A DNA stretch of 64,000 nt, taken from the NCBI GenBank assembly GCA_051003235.1, contig JBPCLN010000166.1, forward strand, positions 27,635 through 91,634. Reading direction: 5' to 3'. Below are positions 19,114 through 27,958 of this stretch, one piece after another; positions within the stretch are counted from its first letter, which is position 1, and each line of letters opens with the position of its first letter. This DNA comes from Chloroflexota bacterium (GTDB lineage: Bacteria > Chloroflexota > UBA4733). Under the pieces are notes generated by a model. That model was not told the origin of the DNA and did not search any database. It saw nothing but the letters and a program-made list of their open reading frames with translations. A program made the translations under genes and the position numbers.

Positions 19114-20487
19114 GTGGCCGAGTACACCAGACGGGCACTCCTCATCCGGGCGGTCTTCGGCAGCGCCGGCGCCGGCTCGATCGCCCTCCTTGCCGCCTGC
19201 GGCGCCGGTTCGACCGCTACCAGCGGATCGTCGGCCGGCACGGCCAGTGCCCTGGCGGCGGTAACCACCAGCGCCAGCGTCGCTACGACTTCTTCACTAT
19301 CAGCGGTGAGCAGCTCGACGACGACAGCGGTGACGAGCGCGGCGGCAACGAGCGCCGGCTCCGCCACAACCACGTCGGCGACAGTAGCGGCAGCGACGAG
19401 CGCCCCGTCCCAGGCGGCCGGCAACGTCACGCTGCATTTGTATGTCGGCGGTGACACCAACATCCAGGATCTTTGGAATAATACGCTGCTGGCGGGCTGG
19501 AATAAGGCCAACCCGAATAGCCAGGTCCAATTGATATTCTCCGAGCACGGCGCCGGCGACCAGGCGAGCTACGATAAGCTGGCTGCCGCGCAGCAAGCGA
19601 AGAAGCCGACCGACATCGACCTGTTCGAAGGCGACACCCGGCTCCAGCAAGGCGGCGAGGCCGGTTTGTTCGAGAAGATGGACGCCGCCAAGGTGCCGAA
19701 CATTGCCAAGACCGATCCCAAGGTCGTCAGCCAGTACGGCAGTTTCGGCGTGCCGTACCGAGCGTCCTCCGTCGTTCTGGCGTATAACAGCGCCTATGTC
19801 AAGGATCCGCCAAAAACGCTCGACGACATCTATACCTGGATCAAAGCCAACAAGGGCAAGTTCACCTACAACCCACCGGATACCGGCGGCTCCGGTGGCC
19901 ACTTTGTCATGGCGACGCTGAAGAAGTTCATCCCAGCCGACCAGCTGGCGACCTTCCAGACCGGCTACGATGCCAAGCTCGAAACGTCGTGGGATCAGGG
20001 CTTTGCCCTGCTGAAGAGCCTCGGTTCCGATGTAGAGAATAACGGCTTCTATCCCAAGGGGAACGTGCCGGTCCTCCAGGAACTGGGGAAGCAGACGATT
20101 TATGTCGCGCCAGTCTGGTCCGACCAGGGGCTAACTTATCTGGCACAGAAGCTCCTGCCGGCGACGGTCAAACTTTCCACGATCGATCCGCCGTTCAGCG
20201 GCGGCGCCGCCTATCTCGGCGTGCCGACCGGTTCCCAGCACAAGGATCAAGCCTACCAGTTCATCAACTGGGTGCTGGAGCCGGTCCAGCAGACGGCGAT
20301 CATCAACAAGGTCAACGGCTATCCGGGCCTGGAGTGGCAGTACATGCCGGCCGACGTGCGCGCGAAGTTCGTTGACCTCGCCAAAGCCTACGACACGTTC
20401 GGCTTCAGCTCGAAGTTCAGTAGCGACGTGAACAAGTCATGGTACGAGAAGGTGGCGGGGACCCCGCCGCCGGCCCCAGCGGCGTAG
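19114..20487 (+). CDS. ABC transporter substrate-binding lipoprotein (family 1 SBP) with Tat-type signal and long S/T/A tether
   Basis: RRALLIR is followed by the lipobox LLAACG, then about 80 aa of Ser/Thr/Ala-rich linker and an SBP_bac_1-like body. It is the first gene of a four-gene ABC operon. Confidence 0.85.
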   Translation: MAEYTRRALLIRAVFGSAGAGSIALLAACGAGSTATSGSSAGTASALAAVTTSASVATTSSLSAVSSSTTTAVTSAAATSAGSATTTSATVAAATSAPSQAAGNVTLHLYVGGDTNIQDLWNNTLLAGWNKANPNSQVQLIFSEHGAGDQASYDKLAAAQQAKKPTDIDLFEGDTRLQQGGEAGLFEKMDAAKVPNIAKTDPKVVSQYGSFGVPYRASSVVLAYNSAYVKDPPKTLDDIYTWIKANKGKFTYNPPDTGGSGGHFVMATLKKFIPADQLATFQTGYDAKLETSWDQGFALLKSLGSDVENNGFYPKGNVPVLQELGKQTIYVAPVWSDQGLTYLAQKLLPATVKLSTIDPPFSGGAAYLGVPTGSQHKDQAYQFINWVLEPVQQTAIINKVNGYPGLEWQYMPADVRAKFVDLAKAYDTFGFSSKFSSDVNKSWYEKVAGTPPPAPAA

Positions 20488-20495
20488 GCTTGGCG

Positions 20496-21431
20496 GTGAC
20501 GGCGCCGCCGCAGTCCACCGCCTGGGTCGGGGCCGCCCGTAAGGCGCCGTCCCACTGGCGTCACAATCTGGTCGGTCTGTTGCTGGCGTCTCCGCCGTTT
20601 CTGCTGATGCTGCTGCTAATCGTTGTGCCCACGGTCCAGGCCTTCCTGTATTCCGTCGGGCAGGTACCGACGGACAACATTGTCTTCAAAGCTGACATTG
20701 ATCTCGTCTCCAGCGCTACGCTCACCTTCCTCGTCTACTCCCGCCTGCTCGCCTCCGTGTTCATTCAGGCCGATCTGCAGTTAACCCTATTCGTCACCTT
20801 CGTCTCCGTCTTCCTCGTGCTGCTGATCGGCTACGTGCTCAGCCTCTATGTCCGCTTCGCCAAGGGGCGTTTACCGGCGATTGTGCGGATGCTCTACCTG
20901 ATTCCCCTGTTCATTCCGGTCGTGATCGCGTCCTATGCGCTGATCGAATTTTATGTCAGCAACGGGTTCCTGCAGGTGATCCTAGAACACCTTGGCATAC
21001 ACCGCTACGCCTCGCCGATCTACGCTCCCGCCGGTATCATCGTCGGCCAGATCTGGGTCAGCATTCCATTCGCCGTCCTCTTAATCGGGTCAGGCTTGGA
21101 TGGCGTGCCGCCGGAGTTGATTGAGGCGGCGCAAGACGTCGGCGCCTCCTTCCCGAGCATCCTCTGGCGGATTGTGACGCCGCTGGTGGCGGTGCCGTTG
21201 TTGATCGTGGCGACCTTCACCTTTATCGGAGTCCTCGGCAGCTACACCATTCCCTACCTGCTCGGGCCCAACGCCCCGCAGATGCTCGGCGTCGCCATGC
21301 AGGCCTATAACGGCTCCTACCAGCGGCCCCAGCCGGCCGTGGCAATGGCCGTCATGACCTTCGTCCTCGCTGCCGTCGCCGGGGCAATCTATGTCTGGGG
21401 CACGTCGCGTACTGATCGGACCGCCGTATGA
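20496..21431 (+). CDS. ABC transporter permease (BPD-type inner membrane component)
   Basis: Six predicted TM helices and the EAA-loop region PELIEAAQDVGAS are present. I chose the GTG at 20496, just after the SBP stop, as the start. The ORF-track start at 20439 overlaps the SBP gene. Confidence 0.8.
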   Translation: MTAPPQSTAWVGAARKAPSHWRHNLVGLLLASPPFLLMLLLIVVPTVQAFLYSVGQVPTDNIVFKADIDLVSSATLTFLVYSRLLASVFIQADLQLTLFVTFVSVFLVLLIGYVLSLYVRFAKGRLPAIVRMLYLIPLFIPVVIASYALIEFYVSNGFLQVILEHLGIHRYASPIYAPAGIIVGQIWVSIPFAVLLIGSGLDGVPPELIEAAQDVGASFPSILWRIVTPLVAVPLLIVATFTFIGVLGSYTIPYLLGPNAPQMLGVAMQAYNGSYQRPQPAVAMAVMTFVLAAVAGAIYVWGTSRTDRTAV

Positions 21432-22258
21432 GCTATACCTGGTTCCTGCGAGTCGGTGCGTTGCGGCAGCTGATCGCCCTGACCCTGGTCGCCGCCCTCA
21501 GTTGCTTCCTGTTGTTGCCCCTGTTCACCCTGATCGTCTGGGCGTTTGCCAACCAGTGGCAATATCCCTCGCTGTTGCCCCAGGAATGGGGCTTCCACTG
21601 GTGGCGCGAGGTCTTCCAGAATGGCAACCTCGGCAGCGCCATTAAGCTCAGCTTTGAACTCGCCCCGATCGTCACCGTGGCCTCCGCCGTCATTTGCCTG
21701 CCCGCCGCCTACGCTTTTTCCCGCTTCACCTTCCCGTTCCGGCGGCCGCTCTTCGTCTCCCTCCTGGCCGTCAATGCCTTCCCCAAGATTGGCCTCTACA
21801 TCAGCATCGCCACGCTCTACTACCGGCTCAATTTGATGGACACCTTTCTGGGCGTGGTCATCATCCAACTGGTCAACACACTCGTCTTCATGACCTGGAT
21901 TCCGACCGCCGCCTTCAACGCTGTGCCGAGCGAACTAGAGGAGGCGGCCCGCGATGTCGGGGCGCGGGGCTTCATGGTCTTCCGCAAAGTGACCCTCCCG
22001 CTGGCGCTGCCGGGGATCATCGTCGCCGGCATTCTCGCCTTCCTCGCCTCGCTCGATGAAGCGCAGGGGACGTTGATCGTCGGCACGCCGTCGCATATCA
22101 CCATGCCCGTGATCATGTACGTGTTAGTCGCCAACTATCCGCAGCCGGTGGGCGCAGTCTTCTCGATCCTGCTCTCTCTGCCGTCGCTGGTCCTGCTCCT
22201 TTCCGCCCGCCGCTTTCTCACCGCCGGCTACCTGGCCGCCGGATTCCGGGTGAAATAG
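21428..22258 (+). CDS. ABC transporter permease (BPD-type inner membrane component)
   Basis: EAA loop is SELEEAARDVGARG. The protein is multi-TM. The ATG overlaps the upstream stop (ATGA). Confidence 0.85.
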   Translation: MSYTWFLRVGALRQLIALTLVAALSCFLLLPLFTLIVWAFANQWQYPSLLPQEWGFHWWREVFQNGNLGSAIKLSFELAPIVTVASAVICLPAAYAFSRFTFPFRRPLFVSLLAVNAFPKIGLYISIATLYYRLNLMDTFLGVVIIQLVNTLVFMTWIPTAAFNAVPSELEEAARDVGARGFMVFRKVTLPLALPGIIVAGILAFLASLDEAQGTLIVGTPSHITMPVIMYVLVANYPQPVGAVFSILLSLPSLVLLLSARRFLTAGYLAAGFRVK

Positions 22259-22272
22259 GAGACAGGGACGCC

Positions 22273-23328
22273 ATGGCTCGCCTCACGCTCGCGCACCTCA
22301 CCAAACGCTACGGCCAGACCACCGCAGTCAATGATGTCTCCATCGAGCTCGGCGACAACGAACTGCTCTGTTTGCTCGGGCCATCCGGCTGCGGCAAGAC
22401 GACTACTTTGCGCATGCTCGCCGGCTTCATCACGCCCGATGAAGGGGATATCCTGATTGACGACCAGAGCGTCGTGCGTTTGCCGCCCGAACGGCGGCCG
22501 ACCGCGATGGTCTTTCAGCGCCATGCGCTCTGGCCGCACATGACCGTCTACGACAACATTGCCTTCGGCCTGCAACTCCGGCGCACTCGCCGCGCTCAGA
22601 TCGCCAAGACGGTGGATGAAGCGCTTGATATGGTCGGCTTGCCGGGTAAAGCGAAGCGTTATCCCCACCAGCTTTCCGGCGGTGAAGCCCAACGCGTCGC
22701 CCTGGCGCGGGCGCTGGTCTTGCAGCCCCGCATCCTGCTGCTGGACGAGCCGCTCTCCAACCTCGACGCCCAACTACGCCTGCGGATGCGGGAGGAAGTG
22801 CGCAGCATTCAGCAGCGCGTCGGCATCACGACCGTCTTCGTCACCCACGATCAAGAAGAGGCGCTGGCTATCGCCGACCGCATCGGCGTGATGCAGAGCG
22901 GCCACCTCGAACAATTGGCCACACCGGACGACCTGTATGCGACCCCGGCGACACTGTTCGTGGCCGGATTCATCGGCAGCATGAACCTGCTCCCCGCCAC
23001 CGTTGAGGGCGGCAAGGTTCGCCTGGGCGATCTCATGCTGCCGATCCCCGCCGGCGCCCGGCTCCAAAGCAACAGCGTGACCCTCGCCATTCGCCCCGAA
23101 GATGTCACCCTGGGCGCTCAGGCCAAGGGCGCCGGCTGCCGCGGGGTGGTACAGCAAACGATCAACCTGGGCGACCACAAGGTGCTCGCCGTCGACACCG
23201 GCGGCAGCGGCCAAATCAACGTGTCGGTGGCTCGCGAGGAGGCGCTCGCGCCCGGCGCCGCCGTCGATCTCACGTTCACCCGCTACCAACTCTACGAAGA
23301 CGGCCTGTGGCGAGCGACCTCCGGCTAG
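22273..23328 (+). CDS. ABC importer ATP-binding protein (MalK/PotA/UgpC-like with C-terminal TOBE-type domain)
   Basis: Walker [10 protein letters not shown], signature LSGGEAQRVALARAL and Walker B ILLLDEPLSNLD are present, with a C-terminal regulatory domain of about 110 aa. Confidence 0.9.
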   Translation: MARLTLAHLTKRYGQTTAVNDVSIELGDNELLCLLGPSGCGKTTTLRMLAGFITPDEGDILIDDQSVVRLPPERRPTAMVFQRHALWPHMTVYDNIAFGLQLRRTRRAQIAKTVDEALDMVGLPGKAKRYPHQLSGGEAQRVALARALVLQPRILLLDEPLSNLDAQLRLRMREEVRSIQQRVGITTVFVTHDQEEALAIADRIGVMQSGHLEQLATPDDLYATPATLFVAGFIGSMNLLPATVEGGKVRLGDLMLPIPAGARLQSNSVTLAIRPEDVTLGAQAKGAGCRGVVQQTINLGDHKVLAVDTGGSGQINVSVAREEALAPGAAVDLTFTRYQLYEDGLWRATSG

Positions 23329-23360
23329 CCGGTGCCGCGCTGTTGGCTCTCGCCGGCTAC

Positions 23361-23939
23361 TTACGCATCCGCGATATTCGCCAATCCGGCAAAGAACTGA
23401 CTGAGCGGTACAGTGAAGCCGGGCAAGAGCGGCGACGTGATCTCATCGTCGCCCTGTAACGTCTGGACAAGCGTCAACGCCGCCTGGTGACGGCGGTAGA
23501 CCTGCATCGCCTGCCTTGGCCAGTCAACGATCCAGTACTCCCGTACGCCGAATATTGAGTAGGTCTTGAGTTTCGCCTCGCGGTCGCGCCCCACGTTCTT
23601 CGCGCCCGGCGAGAGCACCTCCACTGCCAGGTCCGGTGGGCCGTGCAGATGGCCGTCGGCAGCGAGGACCAGGGGGAGACGCGCCGCGCTCACCCACACC
23701 ACATCCGGGGCGACGGCATTTTCATTGGACAGAATCACACCCGGTGCGGCGTTTGCCTGGCCGGCGCCCGTACGGAGGCTGCACTCATCCAGGATACCGG
23801 CAATCCGCACGGCGACGAGTTGATGCCCCCAGTTCGGTTGCTTAGACACGTGCAGCTCCCCGTCAATGATTTCGTAGCGCTTACCGTCATCCGGCATGAG
23901 GTCCAAGTCGGCGATGGTCCATCGCATCGTCGTTACCAT
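23361..23939 (-). CDS. Uma2 (DUF820) family PD-(D/E)xK-like endonuclease
   Basis: Typical Uma2 pattern: YEIIDGELHV, PDLAVEVLSPG, KLKTYSIFGVREYWIVD. Confidence 0.8.
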   Translation of the reverse strand: MVTTMRWTIADLDLMPDDGKRYEIIDGELHVSKQPNWGHQLVAVRIAGILDECSLRTGAGQANAAPGVILSNENAVAPDVVWVSAARLPLVLAADGHLHGPPDLAVEVLSPGAKNVGRDREAKLKTYSIFGVREYWIVDWPRQAMQVYRRHQAALTLVQTLQGDDEITSPLLPGFTVPLSQFFAGLANIADA

Positions 23940-24119
23940 GCCGCTCCTACACTCCTCTCGTCCGTCCGCCTGCCGTCAAGTATAGCGAGGTGGCGGCCTG
24001 AGCTACCGAGATGATCTCAACCGCCAAGCAGACGTTGGCACCGATTATGCGTTACTCCCTGGCGAGGGGAATGTGGTACGGGTAGCGCCGGCCTGTCCGA
24101 CCCGACAAGGAGAGCGCGA

Positions 24120-24707
24120 ATGATGCTAGGCCGGGCTGTCCGGGAAGAGGTTGGCGCCGCACCTCGTTCCGTTCCCGTAGAGGCGCAGAGCTACCGCGCT
24201 TTCGCTGATCTCTATGATCAGTATGCAGCGCTCACCTTTGCCCTGGCCGTCCGCATGCTCAAGGACCGCACGGTCGCCATGGAGATGGTGGAGGCCGTTT
24301 TCAACGACCTCCGGCAGATTGCGCCGGGGGGACAGCACCCAAATCCGCGGGCCTGGCTTCTGGCGGCGACCCACCGCCGCTGCACCCACTGGCGGAAGGT
24401 TACCGCCGGGAAGGGCAACCACATCTCTCGGCCGCACGACCCCGTTGCATTGCTGGCATCGGATAGCGTCGAGGCGACGAATCCCGTGAGCCGGACTGTG
24501 GCGCATATGAATAGCGCCCTCGTTCACGCCGGCGCCAGAAGCCTTCCAGAGGAGCAACACCGGATCCTGGAGATGGCGTACTTCGAAGGTATGAATTGCG
24601 TCCAGATCGCCGACAGGCTCGGGCTGCTGCTAGGAGAGGTCAATGAGCATCTACGCAGCGGGCTACAGTCCTTGGTGCGCGTGGTCGTGGCGCCACCAGC
24701 GAGCTAA
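24120..24707 (+). CDS. ECF-type sigma-70 family RNA polymerase sigma factor
   Basis: Region 2-like segment is YDQYAALTFALAVRMLKD. The region 4 HTH is LPEEQHRILEMAYFEGMNCVQIADRLG. Confidence 0.75.
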   Translation: MMLGRAVREEVGAAPRSVPVEAQSYRAFADLYDQYAALTFALAVRMLKDRTVAMEMVEAVFNDLRQIAPGGQHPNPRAWLLAATHRRCTHWRKVTAGKGNHISRPHDPVALLASDSVEATNPVSRTVAHMNSALVHAGARSLPEEQHRILEMAYFEGMNCVQIADRLGLLLGEVNEHLRSGLQSLVRVVVAPPAS

Positions 24708-24877
24708 CGGGTTGGCGGCTCAGCCGCGTCCCCTCCGGCCTCCTTTAGCAGCCTATGTCGCCGTCACCAACCGGGTCATCGTTCGGTGAGTTGGTGGCGC
24801 GTCACGTCCAGGCGAAGGGGGTACAGCGCGTGCTACCATTCCGCTTGTTCGAAAGCGCGCACCTGGCTTGAGGGATC

Positions 24878-26380
24878 ATGCATTCCGTTTCTTCACTCGT
24901 TCCGGGTATGACCCGCCGGCATCTTGTCCATTTGCTCGGTGCAGGCGGCATGGCCCTGGTGGTCACCGGGCTATTGGCTGCCTGCGGCGGAAGCAGTGTC
25001 GTCGCTACCGCCTCTGCCCAGTCTACGGGCACGGCGTCCAGCGCCACCGACGCCCCAGCCGCGCCAGGCTTGCGTACCGCCACCAGCACGAGCGCAGCGG
25101 CGACTTCCACCAGCAATGCGGCGGCCGCCCCCACCGGCAGTGCAACTTCGTTAGCGTCAACGGCGGCCGCTAAAGTATCCGGCGCTGTCGCCCTGGTCTT
25201 CTCCACCTGGGGCGCCGGCGGTGACTCCTTCAGTGCCGAGCACCGGGTAGTGGACGGCTTCAACCAGGCCCATCCGGATATTCAGGCGCTGGTGCTGGAG
25301 ATCCCATTTAGCACCTATCGGGACAAATTGCTCGCCTCCCTGGCCGGCGGTGATGCCCCGGACAACATGGCGATCGATCACGATATGTTTCCCTTTATGG
25401 TCCAGAAAGACGTCTTCACCCGGCTTGGTCCGCTCGTCGCCCGCGATAAGACGGTGCTCGACGATTACTTCCCCTCGGCGCTCCAGAGCATGAGCTACCA
25501 GGGGGCCCTGTATGGCTTGCCTACGGGCGGCTCAGCCTATTACCTCTTCTGGAGTCCCCGCCTCTTTCATCAGGCCGGCTTAGCCACGCCGAACGACCTG
25601 ATGGCAAATGGCCGGTGGACCTGGCAAGCCTTCCTGGACGCTGCCCAGAAACTGACGCAAGGTGATGGCGGTCCCAATGCCCAGTACGGCGCCGATGCCG
25701 GCCTCAGCCTCTCCGCGATCGCGCCGTGGGTCTGGAGCGGCGGCGGCGCCTATCTGAGCAGCGACCAGCAACAGCTCCAACTCGATCAGCCACCGGCCGT
25801 GGACGCGATCCAGTTTCTCCACGATCTGATCTGGAAAGAGCGCGTCTCGCCCCAGCCCAGTGTCGGACCAGGCGCGATCAAGTCGTTCATCGCCGGCAAG
25901 CTGGCCATGCACCTGAACTGGGGTGGCACCGGCATTGCCCAGTTCGCGCCGGTGAAAGATCTATCCTGGGACCTCGCCTTGCCGCCCGCCAAAGACGGCA
26001 AGACCTTCGTCAGTTGGGCGCCGCTCAACCCGATGACGATCAACAAGCAGGCCAAGCACTCTGAGCAAAGCTGGATCTTTGAGCGCTGGTACAACGGCAC
26101 GTCGGGTATGCAGATTTTCAGCGAGAACGGCCGGGTGCCCGTCGCCCGCTCCGTCCTCACCTCTCCCGCCTACCTCCAGGCAACGCCACCGGAGCATAAG
26201 CAGATCGTGCTGCAAGGAATCGAAGTCGGGAAGCCGGCCTTCACCAACCCGAACTGGACACTCGCTTCCGAAAAGGTGACGCCTTTGCTGACCGCTGTCG
26301 CCAAGAACACGATGCCGGTAGCGGACGCGATGAAGCAGGCGGTCGCCATCGCCAATCCGATCCTGGCTGGTAAAAGCTAG
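24878..26380 (+). CDS. Extracellular solute-binding lipoprotein (sugar-type family 1 SBP), orphan
   Basis: It has a Tat-like RRHLVHLL, lipobox LLAACGG, an S/T/A-rich tether and an SBP body. No permease or ATPase genes are adjacent. Confidence 0.8.
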   Translation: MHSVSSLVPGMTRRHLVHLLGAGGMALVVTGLLAACGGSSVVATASAQSTGTASSATDAPAAPGLRTATSTSAAATSTSNAAAAPTGSATSLASTAAAKVSGAVALVFSTWGAGGDSFSAEHRVVDGFNQAHPDIQALVLEIPFSTYRDKLLASLAGGDAPDNMAIDHDMFPFMVQKDVFTRLGPLVARDKTVLDDYFPSALQSMSYQGALYGLPTGGSAYYLFWSPRLFHQAGLATPNDLMANGRWTWQAFLDAAQKLTQGDGGPNAQYGADAGLSLSAIAPWVWSGGGAYLSSDQQQLQLDQPPAVDAIQFLHDLIWKERVSPQPSVGPGAIKSFIAGKLAMHLNWGGTGIAQFAPVKDLSWDLALPPAKDGKTFVSWAPLNPMTINKQAKHSEQSWIFERWYNGTSGMQIFSENGRVPVARSVLTSPAYLQATPPEHKQIVLQGIEVGKPAFTNPNWTLASEKVTPLLTAVAKNTMPVADAMKQAVAIANPILAGKS

Positions 26381-26381
26381 C

Positions 26382-27206
26382 GTGCCCCTCCAACGGAAAA
26401 TCGGCATCAACCTCTTCGGTCGCCTGGACCCACTGGACGGGGTACGCTGCATCGCTGCGGCAGGCTATGACGCTATCGACTACAGCGCCATTGGCCGGCT
26501 GGCAGCGCCGGGCAGTTCCCTGGCGGCGGCGCTGCGGGAATGCTCCGCGCAGCTCGGGCTCCTGCCGGCGGCGCTCCACTACCGGAGCTTCGGCTTCGAC
26601 TTCCTTGGCAGCGACGCAGCGCTCCAGCGTTTTCAGGCGATGTCCCTGGACGATGTGCGCCTGACGGCGGAACTGGGAGCGCCGGCCATCGCCTTCCACC
26701 TTGGTAATGACCTCCAGGCGGCCGTCGATGCCCAACTTGCGGCAGCGAACGCCGAGGCCCTGGCCCCCGCGGTCCGTCTGGCCGGGGAGTTGGGCATCGG
26801 CATCGCCCTGGAGAATCACTGCCATGGCTGGGGAGATCACTATGCTCACCTGGCTCTCGTCGCGACTGCTTTGGACGCACCGCAGGTCGGCTTCTGCTGC
26901 GATTCGGGCCATGCCGCCGTGGCAGGCATTGATCCTGTCGCCTTGATTGCCGCTATGGGCCCACGCCTGCGACTGGTTCACCTCCACAGCAACGACGGCC
27001 GGCGCGATAGCCACCGCCCGGCAGGAGAAGGCGTGGTCCTCTGGCCGCCGTTGCTGGAGGCCCTCGATCGGGCCGGCTACACGGGCCCGTTGCTGCTCGA
27101 AGGCGGGCTCCACCTGCCGGGTGACGAGGTGGAGACACTCCTGGCCGCCCACCTGCGCGGCTTCCGCGCCACGCTCGCGTCTCTGCATCCGCGCACAACG
27201 GTGTAA
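26382..27206 (+). CDS. Sugar phosphate isomerase/epimerase (xylose-isomerase-like TIM barrel)
   Basis: AP_endonuc_2 pattern: IAFHLGN, IALENH, CCDSGHA, VHLHSNDG. GTG start is 1 nt after the SBP stop. Confidence 0.75.
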   Translation: MPLQRKIGINLFGRLDPLDGVRCIAAAGYDAIDYSAIGRLAAPGSSLAAALRECSAQLGLLPAALHYRSFGFDFLGSDAALQRFQAMSLDDVRLTAELGAPAIAFHLGNDLQAAVDAQLAAANAEALAPAVRLAGELGIGIALENHCHGWGDHYAHLALVATALDAPQVGFCCDSGHAAVAGIDPVALIAAMGPRLRLVHLHSNDGRRDSHRPAGEGVVLWPPLLEALDRAGYTGPLLLEGGLHLPGDEVETLLAAHLRGFRATLASLHPRTTV

Positions 27207-27208
27207 GG

Positions 27209-27952
27209 ATGGATGCGATCCCCCTCTCGCAAGAGATCGCTCGCCTACTGGCGGCAGCGTTCCTTGGCGCGTTGATCGGTCTGGAACGGGAGCGCCTGGA
27301 CCGGGGGGCCGGGTTGCGCACGCACACGCTGGTGGCGACGGCCTCGGCGCTGGTGATGCTCGTGTCGTCGTATGGCCTCATCGGGGTGGCGAAAATCGAC
27401 TCCGCCATCTCCCTTGACCCCTCCCGCATCGCCGCCCAGGTGGTGAGCGGCATCGGCTTCCTCGGCGCCGGCACGATCATCTTGCGCCGCAACGCCGTGC
27501 GCGGCTTGACCACCGCGGCCAGCGTCTGGGCCGTTGCCGGCATCGGTCTGGCCTGCGGCGCCGGCATGTTCGCTGCCGCGATCACCTGTACCGCGATCCT
27601 CCTGGTCGTCCTGGTCGTCCTCAAGCCGGTGGAGCGGAGGATGTTCGAACACAAGCGTCCCCGGCAGGTCACCGTTGTCGTGCGACGCCGCCTCGGTCAA
27701 GTCAGCGCCATCGAAGCGCAGGTCCGGGCAGCCGGCATTGAGCTACGCCGGCTCTCGCTGGAGCCGGGCGAGGACGGCGAGGAGAGTCGTATCCGTCTGG
27801 AGTTTCGAGGCGCATCGAACGCCGACGTCGGCCAACTCGCCGAGCGCTTGCAGGCCGTGCCCGGCGTGCGCAACGTCAGCTACAGTGCGCTCGCCGACCT
27901 CCTGCCGGATAGCGGTCTGGCCGACGAGCAGAGCGAGGCGGGAGAAGAGTGA
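27209..27952 (+). CDS. MgtC/SapB-family membrane protein with C-terminal ACT-like domain
   Basis: MgtC signature: AAFLGALIGLERE...AGLRTHTLV...AAQVVSGIGFLGAGTI. Confidence 0.85.
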   Translation: MDAIPLSQEIARLLAAAFLGALIGLERERLDRGAGLRTHTLVATASALVMLVSSYGLIGVAKIDSAISLDPSRIAAQVVSGIGFLGAGTIILRRNAVRGLTTAASVWAVAGIGLACGAGMFAAAITCTAILLVVLVVLKPVERRMFEHKRPRQVTVVVRRRLGQVSAIEAQVRAAGIELRRLSLEPGEDGEESRIRLEFRGASNADVGQLAERLQAVPGVRNVSYSALADLLPDSGLADEQSEAGEE

Positions 27953-27958
27953 GCTGCC

